From assembly GCA_000002445.1 (NCBI GenBank), contig CH464491.1:3072001-3136000 (forward strand): DNA of 64,000 nucleotides, written 5' to 3'. Positions within the stretch are counted from its first letter, which is position 1. Each line of letters starts with the position of its first letter. The position numbers were made by a program, and so were the translations under genes. The stretch comes from Trypanosoma brucei (Eukaryota). A model generated the notes under the pieces. It made no database searches. It worked only from the letters and a program-made list of their open reading frames with translations, and was not told the DNA's origin. Positions 1 through 10,922 of the stretch are shown here, one piece after another.

Positions 1-19
1 ACATAATGAAGAAGTGCGG

Positions 20-1480
20 ATGCTCTCTAAGCAGGAGCTTCTCACGGAACACATTAAAGAACTGCAGAAGGACTACTCTATCAAACCACGTCTCGAGTAC
101 ACAACCATCCGTGCAGTTAATGGACCGCTTGTGATTTTAGGGAACGTGCGGCTGCCGACATTTGCGGAGATTGTAAACATTGAGTTGGCTGACGGCACAT
201 TGCGGCGCGGGCAGGTGCTGGAAGTGGACGGTGATAAGGCTGTTGTGCAGGTGTTTGAGGGAACCTCCGGTATTGACGTAATGCGCTCAAAGTGTGAGTT
301 CACAGGGAAGGTGATGGAATTGGGCGTGAGTGAAGATATGCTGGGACGTGTCTTCAATGGCTCCGGCATTCCAATCGACGATGGGCCGCCGGTGTTAGCC
401 GAGCAGTATCGCGATATTCAAGGTATTCCCATTAACCCACGCGCCCGTGTGTACCCGGAGGAAATGATTCAAACCGGTATTTCCTCCATTGATGTTATGA
501 CTTCCATTTCGCGTGGGCAGAAAATTCCCCTCTTCTCCGGCGCTGGTCTTCCACACAATGAAATTGCGGCGCAGATCGTCCGCCAGGCCGGTTTGGTTCG
601 CAGGGAAGGGAAACAGGAGGATTTTTGTATTGTGTTCGCGGCCATGGGTGTAAACCAGGAAACCGCTCGCTTCTTCCGCACCGAGTTCGAGGAGAACGGC
701 TCTATGGAAAAAACCGTTCTGTTCATGAACTTGGCGAACGATCCCACCATTGAACGCATCGTCACGCCTCGCCTTGCTCTTACCACAGCGGAATATCTCG
801 CGTATGACTGCGGGAAACACGTGCTAGTGATCCTCACTGACATGAGCTCGTATGCGGATGCCTTACGTGAGGTGTCTGCGGCGCGTGAGGAGGTCCCTGG
901 CCGTCGTGGTTTCCCCGGTTACATGTACACAGATCTAGCATGCATTTATGAACGGGCCGGGCGTGTGCTGGGTCGTGCTGGATCCATTACACAAATACCA
1001 ATTCTCACCATGCCGAATGATGATATTACACATCCCATTCCTGACCTCACGGGGTACATCACAGAAGGGCAAATATACGTGGACCGCCAGTTGCATAACC
1101 GTCAGTTGTATCCTCCCATTAACATTTTGCCATCACTCAGCCGGCTGATGAAGAATGCCATTGGTGAGGGAATGACACGAAAGGATCACAGCGGAGTCAG
1201 CAATCAAATGTACGCCGCGTATGCCGTGAGTCGCGACATTTTGGCCATGAAGGCTGTTGTTGGTGAGGAGACGCTCAGCAGCGAAGATCTGCTGCATCTG
1301 GAGTTTCTGGAGAAGTTCGAGAAGAAGTTCATTTGCCAAGGTTTTTATGAGTCACGCGATGTGTTTCAGAGCTTGGACCTCTGCTGGCAGTTGCTCCGCA
1401 TTTTCCCGAAGGTGTTGCTCAACAAAATTGATGTGAAGACGAGAAATGAATTTTACGATCGTCAACCCGCCAACCGTTGA
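20..1480 (+). CDS. V-type proton ATPase subunit B (regulatory/non-catalytic B subunit of the V1 sector)
   Basis: The translation aligns almost residue-for-residue with eukaryotic ATP6V1B over the whole length ([125 protein letters not shown]). The ORF-track start at 14 is a GTG, so the first in-frame ATG is at 20. The reading frame is open back to the window edge, so the true N-terminus could lie outside the window. Confidence 0.93.
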   Translation: MLSKQELLTEHIKELQKDYSIKPRLEYTTIRAVNGPLVILGNVRLPTFAEIVNIELADGTLRRGQVLEVDGDKAVVQVFEGTSGIDVMRSKCEFTGKVMELGVSEDMLGRVFNGSGIPIDDGPPVLAEQYRDIQGIPINPRARVYPEEMIQTGISSIDVMTSISRGQKIPLFSGAGLPHNEIAAQIVRQAGLVRREGKQEDFCIVFAAMGVNQETARFFRTEFEENGSMEKTVLFMNLANDPTIERIVTPRLALTTAEYLAYDCGKHVLVILTDMSSYADALREVSAAREEVPGRRGFPGYMYTDLACIYERAGRVLGRAGSITQIPILTMPNDDITHPIPDLTGYITEGQIYVDRQLHNRQLYPPINILPSLSRLMKNAIGEGMTRKDHSGVSNQMYAAYAVSRDILAMKAVVGEETLSSEDLLHLEFLEKFEKKFICQGFYESRDVFQSLDLCWQLLRIFPKVLLNKIDVKTRNEFYDRQPANR

Positions 1481-2448
1481 TTTGCTTCTCCTCCTCCTCG
1501 TTTTCCTCCCCTCTCCGCCCGAAGCAAAAGAAAAAAGCGAGGGAATCATGCAAAGCAAGAAAATGGAAGTAGGAGAAAGAAGTGGGGGAAAAAATGATAG
1601 GAGGCTGATGAGAAGAAAGAGAGGTGTTTGGTTGAAACTGCAGGCGTTGGGCACTGCATACGAAAAGGGAAGCTGGGGACAGTGGAACAACAACAACAAC
1701 AAAAATTATAGAAGAAGCAAAGGAAGGAAAGGAGAGGGAAATGCGTTAAGTTTGAGAACCAAACGGGTGAATGTGGAATCGGTGGGGGAAGAGGAGGAGG
1801 AGGAGGCGGTGGAGTTAAAGCAAGAAAAAACACAATTAAAAGGGGGAAGGAAACAGAAAACACATGAAAATTGCTTCATGTTGATTCATGCATACACGCA
1901 AGGAAAGAAAAGAAAGTCACGGAAGAAAGAGATGTACTCCGTGTGCATCTACGTTTGGGCGTCTGCGTTTACATGCTTGCAAGTGAAAGAAGACGTGAAT
2001 TAAGGAACAAAAGGAAGAGGGGGAGAATGTGTAGCAACGCCGACATTGAACCATTTACAAGGCACACCAATTCTCTTTTTTTGCTACTATTACTGTTATT
2101 TGCTACTGCTTTTGTTATCTCGCGGGGTTTGCTACCTCGCTTGCGTGTCTCTAGTTTTTTTTTTCATTTCTGCTTTCCCCGCTACCACCACGACCACGAC
2201 CAGCGCCAACTAGTTTCATCGAGACTGGCGTATGGGCAGTTCTGTCCCCACCGCCGTGAGACCAGTAAGTCCATTAATACATATGTCTCTGTGGATGCAT
2301 ATATGTGTCCGTGTATATCTGTCGGATTTTTGTAATTCATTTATGTTTCTCCGTATTTTTTTGTGGAAGGAGAGGGGAAGGAGGGTGAGGGGAGAGGGGC
2401 AGGGAGAAGCGTGAGAAAGGCTGATGGTGTGAGAAATGGTACGTGCCG

Positions 2449-2562
2449 CTTTTTCTTTTTTTTTTCTTTCCTCCTTCGTGACTGGTACGAGCTCCACTCA
2501 CTGCGTCATGCAGCTCATTCGACACTCTTTCTCTTCTTTCTCTTTTTTTCTTCTTTCTCTTA
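2449..2562 (+). promoter_or_regulatory. Pyrimidine-rich tracts (candidate polypyrimidine signals for trans-splicing of the downstream gene and polyadenylation of the upstream gene)
   Basis: Two CT-only runs (2449-2477 ctttttcttttttttttctttcctccttc; 2526-2562 tctttctcttctttctctttttttcttctttctctta) on the coding strand, about 300 nt upstream of the 2847 start. Function is inferred from the trypanosomatid model of polyY-AG directed SL addition. Confidence 0.4.
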
Positions 2563-2846
2563 CACTTAACTATTGGCTTCATCGGATTAAATCTGTTAAT
2601 GGAATGGACGTTGTTTTGCTCCGAAATGTGGAAACAAGTGGATGAAATTGAGTGCATTTCACCGAAAACACATTACGTAGTGAAAATAAGTTAACAACTA
2701 ACAAACATAACGAAGTAAGGTACATAAAGCTACGGGAGCGCTGCTATCGCCCTTCAAAAGGTTTACTCAGGATATACATATATATATATTGCCCAGCTAT
2801 ATATTTCACCTGAACAATTTCAGCTGGGTCACGCAGGAGGGTAGAC

Positions 2847-4604
2847 ATGCAAAACCAGGCTCCAGTGGCGCATCCAGTGCTGTCGGCGTCTATTCTCTTT
2901 GATATTGTTGTCTTCGCCGGTGGGAAGGCGCCAGGACTAAATCCTCTTTGTGATAATGAGCCCAAACCCATGCTTTGTATCTGCAACCGCCCAATGATAT
3001 GGTACTGCCTCTCACCATGGATAAAGGCCGGTTGTTCCACATTTTTTGTCTGCGTCAATGAGGATTATGCCGCACTGCAAAGTTACCTTTGCCGTGAGTT
3101 CCCCAAAGTAGCTTTTGTTTTTGTGTTAGTGCCTTTGACGCAAAACCAAACGCCAACGACAACATGTGATGTTGTGCGGGGTTATTTGAAGCACAAGGAA
3201 TCATTGAAGAGTGATCGTCTGAGCAAGCCACGAGACGCATTATTGCTCAGTTGCGACACCTTTCTTCCGGGGGTTGACGTGGAACACTTTATTCATAACT
3301 TTTATGCCTCAGTTGCATCCGTTTCGGTTCTATTGTTTCGTCCGATTTCAAGCAGCAACGGCAACAGTTGCGGAACGCAGCTAGGTCCAACGGCAAGGGG
3401 CAACAGTGCTTCAACGCCAGCAGGCAGTGGAAAAGGCAACAAAGGCAGCCAAGGGAGTGGAGCATGCGCTGCTAAGCCTTACACCCACCACTTTACGTGT
3501 GTAGCCTATGAAGAGAAAAGCGGAGATCACGTCCGTAACGACAATAACAATAACGGCAGTGCATTGTGCCCCGTTGCTAGTGGGGTTACAGAAAACTCAA
3601 ACAAGGGCTCCAATTGTGTGAGTCATCATCGACTTCATTTCATTTGCCCCCGCGAAGATGAACCTGAGCCTTGCATTAGTTTTGGTTTCGCGGCGCGAAG
3701 GCCCAACCTTACTTTTGCCGCTGACGTTGTGGACGTACACGCATACCTTGTGCGGAACTGGGTCCTTCATTACATGGCGGAGTCAACAGGGGAGGGAATG
3801 ACTGTACAGCGGGATTGCATTCCTTTCCTCGCCCGCAGCCAACACAGTACGGTGAATGTGGATCAGGGGGTTCTTTTGAGGCCCGACAACAAGTTGAAAT
3901 ACACTATTCCCAATCACTGGTTATTTGATGAGAGTTCCCCTGTACCTCTCCTTAATGGACGACGAGGCCCTGTTTTACCGGTGGAGGCGGATAATCTTCT
4001 GGTTTGTTGCACGATTTACGAGGAGGATGCGGCGATGCCCATGCGTGCGTTCCGTGCGAAGACAAGAAAAGATTTTGTAGCCCTCAACCACGACATATTG
4101 TTGAGTAAGTGCGAAGTTCTTGGCTTAGCGGAGGGAACCGGTGATCTCCGTAGCACTAAACAACAACACCAAGCTGAACGGCATCACCACCAAAAACAGA
4201 CGGCATCCAACCACAATTGTGAGACGGCAGTTGAGATGTTCCCTTCGTTACCGGCCAGCGCGTTGGCGCTCTGCAATTTGCTTCCCGACTCACCCATTAC
4301 AGTCGTGGTGAAGAATGAATCCTCGAGGGTTCACATCAAGTGTAGTTTCTTACGCTCAGCACCGGCAGGCAGTGCCTTCATCACCAGCAGCATCGTTGGG
4401 AGCAATGTGATATTGGGATCAAACGTGCGTATCACAAATAGCATTATTCTAGATAATGCGGAAATAGGGGCAAACTCAACAATTACGGGTTCCGTCATTG
4501 GATCCTCTGCAATGTTGAACCCAGGGATTCGCGTGGTGAACTGCGTTGTGGGACCGCAGTGTCTTGTGGAGTCTGATAAGAAAGATTCAGTCATCCGTGT
4601 TTGA
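2847..4604 (+). CDS. eIF2B gamma-like protein: N-terminal nucleotidyltransferase-like domain plus C-terminal left-handed beta-helix (hexapeptide repeats)
   Basis: The N-terminus FDIVVFAGGKAPGLNPL...EPKPMLCICNRPMIWYCL resembles the G(G)xGxR(L)xPLT...KPLLP...PLIWYPL motif of eIF2B-gamma/epsilon and NDP-sugar pyrophosphorylases. The C-terminus (GSNVILGSNVRITNSIILDNAEIGANSTITGSVIGSSAMLNPGIRVVNCVVGPQ) is a typical [LIV]-G-x4 hexapeptide repeat array. Length (585 aa) and long insertions fit eIF2B-gamma better than GDP-mannose pyrophosphorylase, but I cannot exclude the latter. Confidence 0.55.
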   Translation: MQNQAPVAHPVLSASILFDIVVFAGGKAPGLNPLCDNEPKPMLCICNRPMIWYCLSPWIKAGCSTFFVCVNEDYAALQSYLCREFPKVAFVFVLVPLTQNQTPTTTCDVVRGYLKHKESLKSDRLSKPRDALLLSCDTFLPGVDVEHFIHNFYASVASVSVLLFRPISSSNGNSCGTQLGPTARGNSASTPAGSGKGNKGSQGSGACAAKPYTHHFTCVAYEEKSGDHVRNDNNNNGSALCPVASGVTENSNKGSNCVSHHRLHFICPREDEPEPCISFGFAARRPNLTFAADVVDVHAYLVRNWVLHYMAESTGEGMTVQRDCIPFLARSQHSTVNVDQGVLLRPDNKLKYTIPNHWLFDESSPVPLLNGRRGPVLPVEADNLLVCCTIYEEDAAMPMRAFRAKTRKDFVALNHDILLSKCEVLGLAEGTGDLRSTKQQHQAERHHHQKQTASNHNCETAVEMFPSLPASALALCNLLPDSPITVVVKNESSRVHIKCSFLRSAPAGSAFITSSIVGSNVILGSNVRITNSIILDNAEIGANSTITGSVIGSSAMLNPGIRVVNCVVGPQCLVESDKKDSVIRV

Positions 4605-5170
4605 AGCTGCTATGTGTGAGGGAAATGTGAGAGAAAGGAGGGGGAAGTATATGCCCTTTCTACGAGTTTTCTTTCCTTTCGTTTATGGTGGGAAGTGATG
4701 ACAGACGATTAGGCTTTTTGCACTCATCGTGGAAGTGGGCGAAAACAAATAAGACAAGGACACCAACAAAAAATAAAATAAAATGAATGCAGCACATTGG
4801 AAGAGCAGGGCAAAGCTCAGGTTGTTTTTAGTGATGGTCGAGTTTATATATATATACATATATATATGTTGGGCGGTGGCGTAAAAAGAAGTTTTCATCA
4901 AGGTGGTTCACAGCTATGATTTTGGAGGAACGGAAACAAATGAACAAAACGGTCCGCTTGTTTGTGCGTGTTTCTCCATTATTCACTTGCGGTGGCTCTT
5001 GTGTTGTCGTCTTCTATACTGAATCTTGGCGTGATGCTTTCCCTCCCTTTTTAAAAAAATTTTTTACGTATATGTTAATTTGCCTCCCTCCTCTTACCTG
5101 TGCTCTTAAGGTAAGGGGACATGCGATGGATAAGTGCGTATTCAAACTCATGGCCTCAGCGGCGAAGTAA

Positions 5171-5216
5171 TCTGCACCTTCTCATCTGCTTGTTTTTTTC
5201 TTTCCTTTTTTTTTTG
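5171..5216 (+). promoter_or_regulatory. Polypyrimidine tract upstream of the DUF676 gene
   Basis: tctgcaccttctcatctgcttgtttttttctttccttttttttttg lies 65-110 nt upstream of ATG 5282. Confidence 0.4.
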
Positions 5217-5281
5217 CGGCAAAACATTAAAAGACCGCAATAACGGCAACGACAGTACATACATCGAATGGATATAGAAAA

Positions 5282-6307
5282 ATGACAGTCGCAAAGAAGT
5301 GTATGGTTGTTTTACAACACGGATCACACGGTACACACCTGGACTTGGCGTGTCTCTCGCAGTACCTAAAAGCGAAGGATCCCCGACTTATCGTGTGGGA
5401 GTCATATAAAAATGAAGGTATGCGCACAGATGATGGTGTGGTCCCTTGTGGAGAGCGACTTGCAGACAACTTAATTCGGGAAATCAAGGAATTATGCTCA
5501 ACACCAACGCAATCCGGGGGCGATGGCGGTCGTGAGAAGGTTGTTGTGCAGATGAGTTTCGTCTGTCACTCGATGGGTGGACTCATCGTGCGTGAGGCGC
5601 TCCCACGGGTTTGGGACAAAGTTGAATCCCAAAAAGGGAAACTCGAAATAGAGTGGAACATGTTTTGTACTATTGCCACACCTCACGGAGGAGTTTGTCA
5701 GATGGCTTCAACCTTACGGTATTATTTGGGTCGGTTGATCTCTTTCTTCTACTCTACTTCGTACCATGACATGTTTCTCGGGTCAGATGTCCTTACGGAT
5801 CGGTTATTATCACCAAAGCACTTGTCATGCCTCGCTGCCTTTAAGCGTCGCCTACTCGTTTCCAGCATAAACGACATCCTCGTGCCGTTGATGAGTAGCG
5901 GCTTTATGCTAACGCCTTCTCAACGCGGGTTACCAGGGGATATGCTGCGGGAGGAGCAAAAACAGCTCTGTGCCTTCAACGAAAGGGAAATGTACGACAA
6001 AATGCGGACAATCACGGAGATTCCAAAGGAGGAATGGCCTGCGAATAAGTTCCTAGCAGAGCGGCGCATTGCGAAAACTCTTGTACAGGCTGTGGGCAAT
6101 TTTGATTCTGTTGTTGTGGATTTGCGCTCCCCGAGGTTGGAGGAACTGTATGAAGACAGAAAGCGTAGAACAACGGCCTGGTATGGTGCGAACAAAAGGT
6201 CCCATCAAGCGATGGTGTGCAAACCCCCATTCGACACAGTGGAGGAAGCCTTCGGTTTTGTCTCTCACATGGTCGGAGACGAAGTGCTGGCAACTTTCCA
6301 GGAGTAG
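5282..6307 (+). CDS. DUF676-type putative serine esterase/lipase (alpha/beta hydrolase fold)
   Basis: Has an N-terminal VVLQHGSHGT motif and a nucleophile-elbow pentapeptide within FVCHSMGGLIVREAL (GHSMGG). The spacing and the later TPHGG motif match the DUF676 putative serine esterase family. Confidence 0.6.
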   Translation: MTVAKKCMVVLQHGSHGTHLDLACLSQYLKAKDPRLIVWESYKNEGMRTDDGVVPCGERLADNLIREIKELCSTPTQSGGDGGREKVVVQMSFVCHSMGGLIVREALPRVWDKVESQKGKLEIEWNMFCTIATPHGGVCQMASTLRYYLGRLISFFYSTSYHDMFLGSDVLTDRLLSPKHLSCLAAFKRRLLVSSINDILVPLMSSGFMLTPSQRGLPGDMLREEQKQLCAFNEREMYDKMRTITEIPKEEWPANKFLAERRIAKTLVQAVGNFDSVVVDLRSPRLEELYEDRKRRTTAWYGANKRSHQAMVCKPPFDTVEEAFGFVSHMVGDEVLATFQE

Positions 6308-6336
6308 AAGGGAAAGACGATGTTTCCCCTCCCCCC

Positions 6337-6338
<2 letters not shown>

Positions 6339-6367
<29 letters not shown>
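6339..6367. repeat. (CA)14 microsatellite
   Basis: Perfect CA dinucleotide run read directly, immediately downstream of the DUF676 gene stop. Confidence 0.95.
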
Positions 6368-6369
<2 letters not shown>

Positions 6370-6478
6370 TCACCCAACTATTTTTAGTGTTAATGAGTTC
6401 ACCGTATTGGAAGGGTGCTGTGTTGACTTATCTGATGGTGTATTTACTGAACTAGGGGTATGGAGAAAAAAATACCTG

Positions 6479-6500
6479 TATATATATATATATATATATA
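6479..6500. repeat. (TA)11 microsatellite
   Basis: Perfect TA run read directly. Confidence 0.95.
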
Positions 6501-7196
6501 CAATGCGTATGCATGTGTGTAGTTTCACTTCACCTTTTTGGGTGCGAATTAAATGTATAGATGGGCAGCCGGTCCGGTGTGTTTGAAACCAAACTCGTGT
6601 GGTATGCACCTTGTGGTGGTATTGGCGGTAGCGGAGGATTTCACGCTGTAAAAAAGAAAAAAAATAACAACAAATGGCGGGTGGCTTTTGGCAGTCGTGT
6701 TTGGGCAGACGCAAAACCATGCAAATGCATGTACTGCCACTCCGCGGCCCCCGTCGATACTGATGCCTGCAGGGATGAGGTGAAAAGTTGTTGCCACGAG
6801 GGGAACTTCCTCGTATCATTTGATTGTTCTGCGCCTTTGCTTTGTCTTTCCTCCCTTTTTTTTCTTGCTTTGTTGGATGCGGTATATCGCCGACTCGTCC
6901 ATTAGCCTGTGCTCCTTGATTGGCCCTATCCTGTTCGATTTTTTCCTTGTTTTCTGTGCCGAGGATGCCGAAGCGGGTTTTTTTTTACCACAACCTTTAC
7001 TTTCAGTTCCTCCCCCCTTCTCATATTTGTTCTCAATCTCCTGCTGATGCGTTGTTAGCAATACTCTTACTGTTTCCACTATCGTTTCTTTTGTTTTTCA
7101 TACGAACACACTTATCAACGCGTCCACTTTGGCAAATACGCGTGTATATTTATATTGTTCTTGCTTACGTGTGAATGCAATACTCGAAGAAAAGGG

Positions 7197-9065
7197 ATGA
7201 ATAGGTGCAATCCTATCTCTCTCATATCTGTGTTGCTTCTATGTTGCAACGCCTGCTTGGCGCAAACGAATTGGGTCAATTCCACTGAACTGCATTTTAA
7301 GCTCCCTCCAAAGGCTCTGCGTGTCACATCGCTTGCGGACTGGAATAACCAAAACCGAGTAGGTTTTATTGGAACATGGGAGGATCGCGCGTCCCTTGTG
7401 TGGTACTGCAGCAAAGAAGGTGGTGATGACCTTTATAGTGTTTGCTGGGAGTCAGCCGAGTTTAGTGAGCCAATTGTCAGCACCATTGTGGCAGATTTGA
7501 ATCGGGATGGCGTGCTGGACATTCTTGTTCAGGGAGAAGGTGGGTCGTTGTTTTTTATTGATGGTAATAACCGTAGTTTGACACCGGCTGCTATTGAGAC
7601 GGGCGGGCCACTTAACTATGATTCCACCATCCCTCAGATAAGCATTGTAAATGTGGATGGCACATGCGGTCTGTCCGATATTGCATTTGTGGACACAAAT
7701 GGTTCGCTCATTGTCCTGTCGGCTACAACGGAGACGTCTAAAGATGGGATGTGCAGAGGAGAGGGTCTACCTACATTCGAACCGGAAGAGTTTGTGACGG
7801 GGGAAAAGGGGGTACGGGAGGTAGTTCCACTTAGCATTATCTCAGATGACATCGACGGAGACTGCGTCGCTGACTTGCTTTACATGGTTCACACCATCTC
7901 GACAAATATAGTTGAGGTCTATGCTTTCTTCCCGCGAACCGCTAGACATGAACTTCTGCTGACTTTATCAGATGCAAATCGGTATGGGTTTCCAAGTACT
8001 GCGGACATCAATGGCGATGGGGCCCCCGATTTGATATTTCCCCTATGCCGTACGGAAGGTGAATTAAAGGTCTTTGGGAACTGTTCTGCCTTTAATGGTG
8101 TTGCGGTATTTCAAAACAACCTGCAGGGATCGACTTCTTGCAGAGGCAGCTCTTGTTGTACCGGGCATCCCTACGGCTTTCTAAAGGATCCCTCATCTAT
8201 ATTCTTGCTTCAAGACAACGCTAATTGTGGTATCGACGTAAGTGCGGACTTTCCATTGTTTATACCTAACTCAAGAGAATCACCGTTGATCCTTCGGGCC
8301 GGTGATTGCGACCGAGATGGTTATGTGGACCTCCTGGTTCCCAGTACGCGCGGCCCGCTGTTGATTCAGAGTGCCGCGAACCCTAATGGGACGTTTCTTG
8401 GGTGTACTCCGGTGGACGATGCACTCACAGACCATTCAAAAAAACAGTCGTTACCATTTGGATCAGCAACGGCGTTCTTTGCCACGATCTCCGGTAAAGG
8501 TCAGCTCGATATTGTTTTAACCTATCACGGTAGTGAGGTTGTTCCACTGACCTTGTATGTTTCCCACACGCCATCACTGGAGCAAAACTACTTCCTTACT
8601 GGAAGTGCACTCAACGGAGTAGGAACTGGTGACCCATGGGGACTGTATCAACCCTCTGCGGTTCATCGCTTTGGATGGAATGATATTACCATGAAGAAGC
8701 GTTGGGCTTACGGGTCGCAGATGTCTCGAAGCCAAGGTCATGCGCTTCAGTCACCACAGTTGTTTTTCGGCTTAGGTCGCACCTTTTCATACGTCCAGGA
8801 ATACACGGTCGGCATTCTTTTTCGTAAGGACGCTCTATATCACCGCTGGTCAGCCAATCTCGTGCCAAATTCTCACGTGTTTACATGGATGCAACCACTG
8901 GCTTCTGCGGACCGGTGGCGCTTGCAGCTTTACTTAGCCTTCGCTACCTACAAGGAACTGCTATTAATCGTGCTGGGAACCGTCCTCGTGTCTGTCGGGT
9001 TGCTTATTGCGTTATTAAGGTGGAGGGAATTACGGCAAGATCAGCGGGAGCTGAAGCTGAGGTAG
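7197..9065 (+). CDS. ITFG1/TIP-like type I membrane protein with FG-GAP (integrin-alpha beta-propeller) repeats
   Basis: Predicted signal peptide (MNRCNPISLISVLLLCCNACLAQ) at the first ATG; the ORF-track start at 7155 lies upstream of the likely signal peptide. Multiple Ca-binding-loop-like DxDxDG motifs typical of FG-GAP repeats (DLNRDGVLDILV, DINGDGAPDLIF, DCDRDGYVDLLV, DIDGDCVADLL). Single C-terminal TM helix (LLLIVLGTVLVSVGLLIALL) followed by a basic tail. Size (about 620 aa) matches ITFG1/TIP. Confidence 0.5.
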   Translation: MNRCNPISLISVLLLCCNACLAQTNWVNSTELHFKLPPKALRVTSLADWNNQNRVGFIGTWEDRASLVWYCSKEGGDDLYSVCWESAEFSEPIVSTIVADLNRDGVLDILVQGEGGSLFFIDGNNRSLTPAAIETGGPLNYDSTIPQISIVNVDGTCGLSDIAFVDTNGSLIVLSATTETSKDGMCRGEGLPTFEPEEFVTGEKGVREVVPLSIISDDIDGDCVADLLYMVHTISTNIVEVYAFFPRTARHELLLTLSDANRYGFPSTADINGDGAPDLIFPLCRTEGELKVFGNCSAFNGVAVFQNNLQGSTSCRGSSCCTGHPYGFLKDPSSIFLLQDNANCGIDVSADFPLFIPNSRESPLILRAGDCDRDGYVDLLVPSTRGPLLIQSAANPNGTFLGCTPVDDALTDHSKKQSLPFGSATAFFATISGKGQLDIVLTYHGSEVVPLTLYVSHTPSLEQNYFLTGSALNGVGTGDPWGLYQPSAVHRFGWNDITMKKRWAYGSQMSRSQGHALQSPQLFFGLGRTFSYVQEYTVGILFRKDALYHRWSANLVPNSHVFTWMQPLASADRWRLQLYLAFATYKELLLIVLGTVLVSVGLLIALLRWRELRQDQRELKLR

Positions 9066-9435
9066 CGAATTACGGGAGCATCATTCAGCTGTGGGGGCTG
9101 GTGTGAGGTATCGAAAGTTTTTAGTGAAAGCGCTGTGTGTCATTTGCTAAAAGAAAATACTTTAGTCAAAAAAAATATATACAATTCGTTATCGCGTTCG
9201 CGACGGTGGTGTGCTATGTCTCAAACGGAGAAGGAACACGCCTCAACGGGCTTTCACTCCTTCATACTACCTGTCTTCCTTCCATGCACTGCTACATGAA
9301 CATGTTGATGTGTTTGGGTTCGTCTATATCTTCTTTGAACGACTTTTAACAATAAAATAAAAAGTTTCCCCAAGAAGGATTGAGAAGGAAAGACCTCCTG
9401 CTTAGTAGCAGCACAAAGCAAAAGGAAGTAGACAA

Positions 9436-9609
9436 ATGGGTCACCTCCACCAATGGCGCTCCCGCCAAAAGATTGGCATGGGCAAAGGATCCCGCCACTG
9501 CGTCATTTGCTCCAACCAAAAGGCTCTCATCCGCAAGTATGAACTGAACGTCTGTCGTCAGTGCTTCCGTGAGAATGCCGAGAACATTGGTTTCGTCAAG
9601 CTGCGTTAA
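9436..9609 (+). CDS. RPS29: 40S ribosomal protein S29 (uS14, zinc-binding)
   Basis: Manual translation gives the 57-aa protein [57 protein letters not shown]. It contains the C-x2-C ... C-x2-C zinc knuckle and the conserved RKYxLNxCRQCFRE core of eukaryotic RPS29. It is below the 60-aa cutoff of the supplied ORF track, hence absent there. Same strand as the neighbouring genes. Confidence 0.85.
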   Translation: MGHLHQWRSRQKIGMGKGSRHCVICSNQKALIRKYELNVCRQCFRENAENIGFVKLR

Positions 9610-9865
9610 GATCGCTGACACGTCATCGAATGATGAGCGAAATGGAGGGACTGACGACTCCCGTGATTGGCTGTATGGAAGGCCCTTCTCTTTTTGTCTT
9701 TTCTTTCACTGATAGGGGTACGCAACTTACGTGCTTTTTTTCCTCTTTTTTCCTTTACCTCGTGAAGATGCGAGGGTAACTGTCCTTTCCACCACCCCAC
9801 TTATTTCTCCCTTGGCTTATCAACTGCATTCAGGGAATTTGTCGTACAACTAGTCGGGAATATTG

Positions 9866-9910
9866 CCTCCCTTCCCTTCCCTTCCCTTCCTTTTCTTTCT
9901 TTTTCTTTTC
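9866..9910 (+). promoter_or_regulatory. (TTCCC)n-like polypyrimidine tract upstream of the Mrp/NBP35 gene
   Basis: cctcccttcccttcccttcccttccttttctttctttttcttttc read directly, followed by AG dinucleotides before ATG 10068. Confidence 0.4.
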
Positions 9911-10067
9911 AAACCAGGGGGGTAGATTCGTGCAGTCCACTACAGGGTTTTCAGAACCGCCTGCAAGTGGAGGCACAGACATAACCTCTGGTACCAGTGG
10001 CGAAAAAGGCGGTGGCATCTGAAAGAAGAGGTGGAGGCCGCTACGTTGAGGGCGCAGGGTTACACTA

Positions 10068-10922
10068 ATGAAGTTTTCACGCGTTGCCATACCAGGGGTG
10101 AAGCATGTTATAACACTGTGTAGTGCGAAGGGGGGAGTGGGAAAGTCCACTTGTTCCGTTAATGTTGCACTTGCTTTGAAAAATATCGGGTTTAATGTTG
10201 GTGTAGTGGATGCAGACATCACGGGACCGTCCATTCCTACGATGATGGGCGTGGACTCGTCCCAAGTGGAAACTTACCGCGTGGCGGGGAGTGACCGATT
10301 TGCACCACCTACCAATTTTGGGGTGAAGGTTATGAGCATGGGTCTTATCGTTCCTCATGATGAAGCTATAGCTGTGCGAGGACCAATGGTGAATAAGTAT
10401 ATCCGGGCCTTACTGTTTCAAACAGACTGGGATGAGTTGGACTACCTGGTGATTGATATGCCCCCGGGAACGAACGATGTCCACCTCACAATTACACAAG
10501 AGGTGGTTTTGAGGGGTGCCGTTATCATTTCTACACCACAGAAGATTGCCCTAGTAGACGTCAGGCGTGGCATAGATATGTTTGCAGCAGTAAACACGCC
10601 TATAATTGGGATTGTGGAAAACATGAGTTACTTTAAGTGTACCCAATGCGAGACAAAGCATTATCTTTTCGGTACTGGTGGAGTCAAGGCGACGGCGGAG
10701 GAGCTTGGGGTTCCATACCTCGGTGAGGTGCCTTTCCAACAACGCATTATGTCAGACACAGACGAAGGATACCCGCCGGCACTAAGGGGGGACCGCTCTC
10801 TAGATGCTGCCCTCCCATTTTATGAGCTTGCCGAGCGTATTGACACTGCAGTAAATGCTCTGGTAGCTGGTAACGACGGGCGCAAGCAAACGGTAGAAAC
10901 ACCTACCATAACGTTTCAGTAA
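10068..10922 (+). CDS. Mrp/NBP35-family P-loop ATPase, Cfd1/NUBP2-like Fe-S cluster carrier
   Basis: Deviant Walker A CSAKGGVGKST immediately at the N-terminus, with no N-terminal 4-Cys ferredoxin-like segment, so Cfd1/NUBP2-type rather than Nbp35/NUBP1. Shows the Mrp signature region (VVDADITGPS, GLIVPHDEAIAVRGPMV, IDMPPGT) and the conserved C-terminal CxxC (CTQCETK). Length is 284 aa. Confidence 0.8.
   Translation: MKFSRVAIPGVKHVITLCSAKGGVGKSTCSVNVALALKNIGFNVGVVDADITGPSIPTMMGVDSSQVETYRVAGSDRFAPPTNFGVKVMSMGLIVPHDEAIAVRGPMVNKYIRALLFQTDWDELDYLVIDMPPGTNDVHLTITQEVVLRGAVIISTPQKIALVDVRRGIDMFAAVNTPIIGIVENMSYFKCTQCETKHYLFGTGGVKATAEELGVPYLGEVPFQQRIMSDTDEGYPPALRGDRSLDAALPFYELAERIDTAVNALVAGNDGRKQTVETPTITFQ

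Noticed and set aside
73-843. Minus-strand ORFs (73..369, 395..820, 469..843) inside the V-ATPase B locus
   Set aside because: They lie antisense to a gene whose + strand translation is almost identical to V-ATPase B across eukaryotes. Their translations are low-complexity with no motif, as expected for antisense-frame artefacts.
1446-2003. 185-aa + strand ORF rich in K/E/R/G downstream of the V-ATPase gene
   Set aside because: It arises from a purine-rich, microsatellite-containing spacer ((AAC)n, (GAG)n). Composition-driven low complexity, no domain. It also overlaps the V-ATPase stop region in another frame, so it is probably a UTR.
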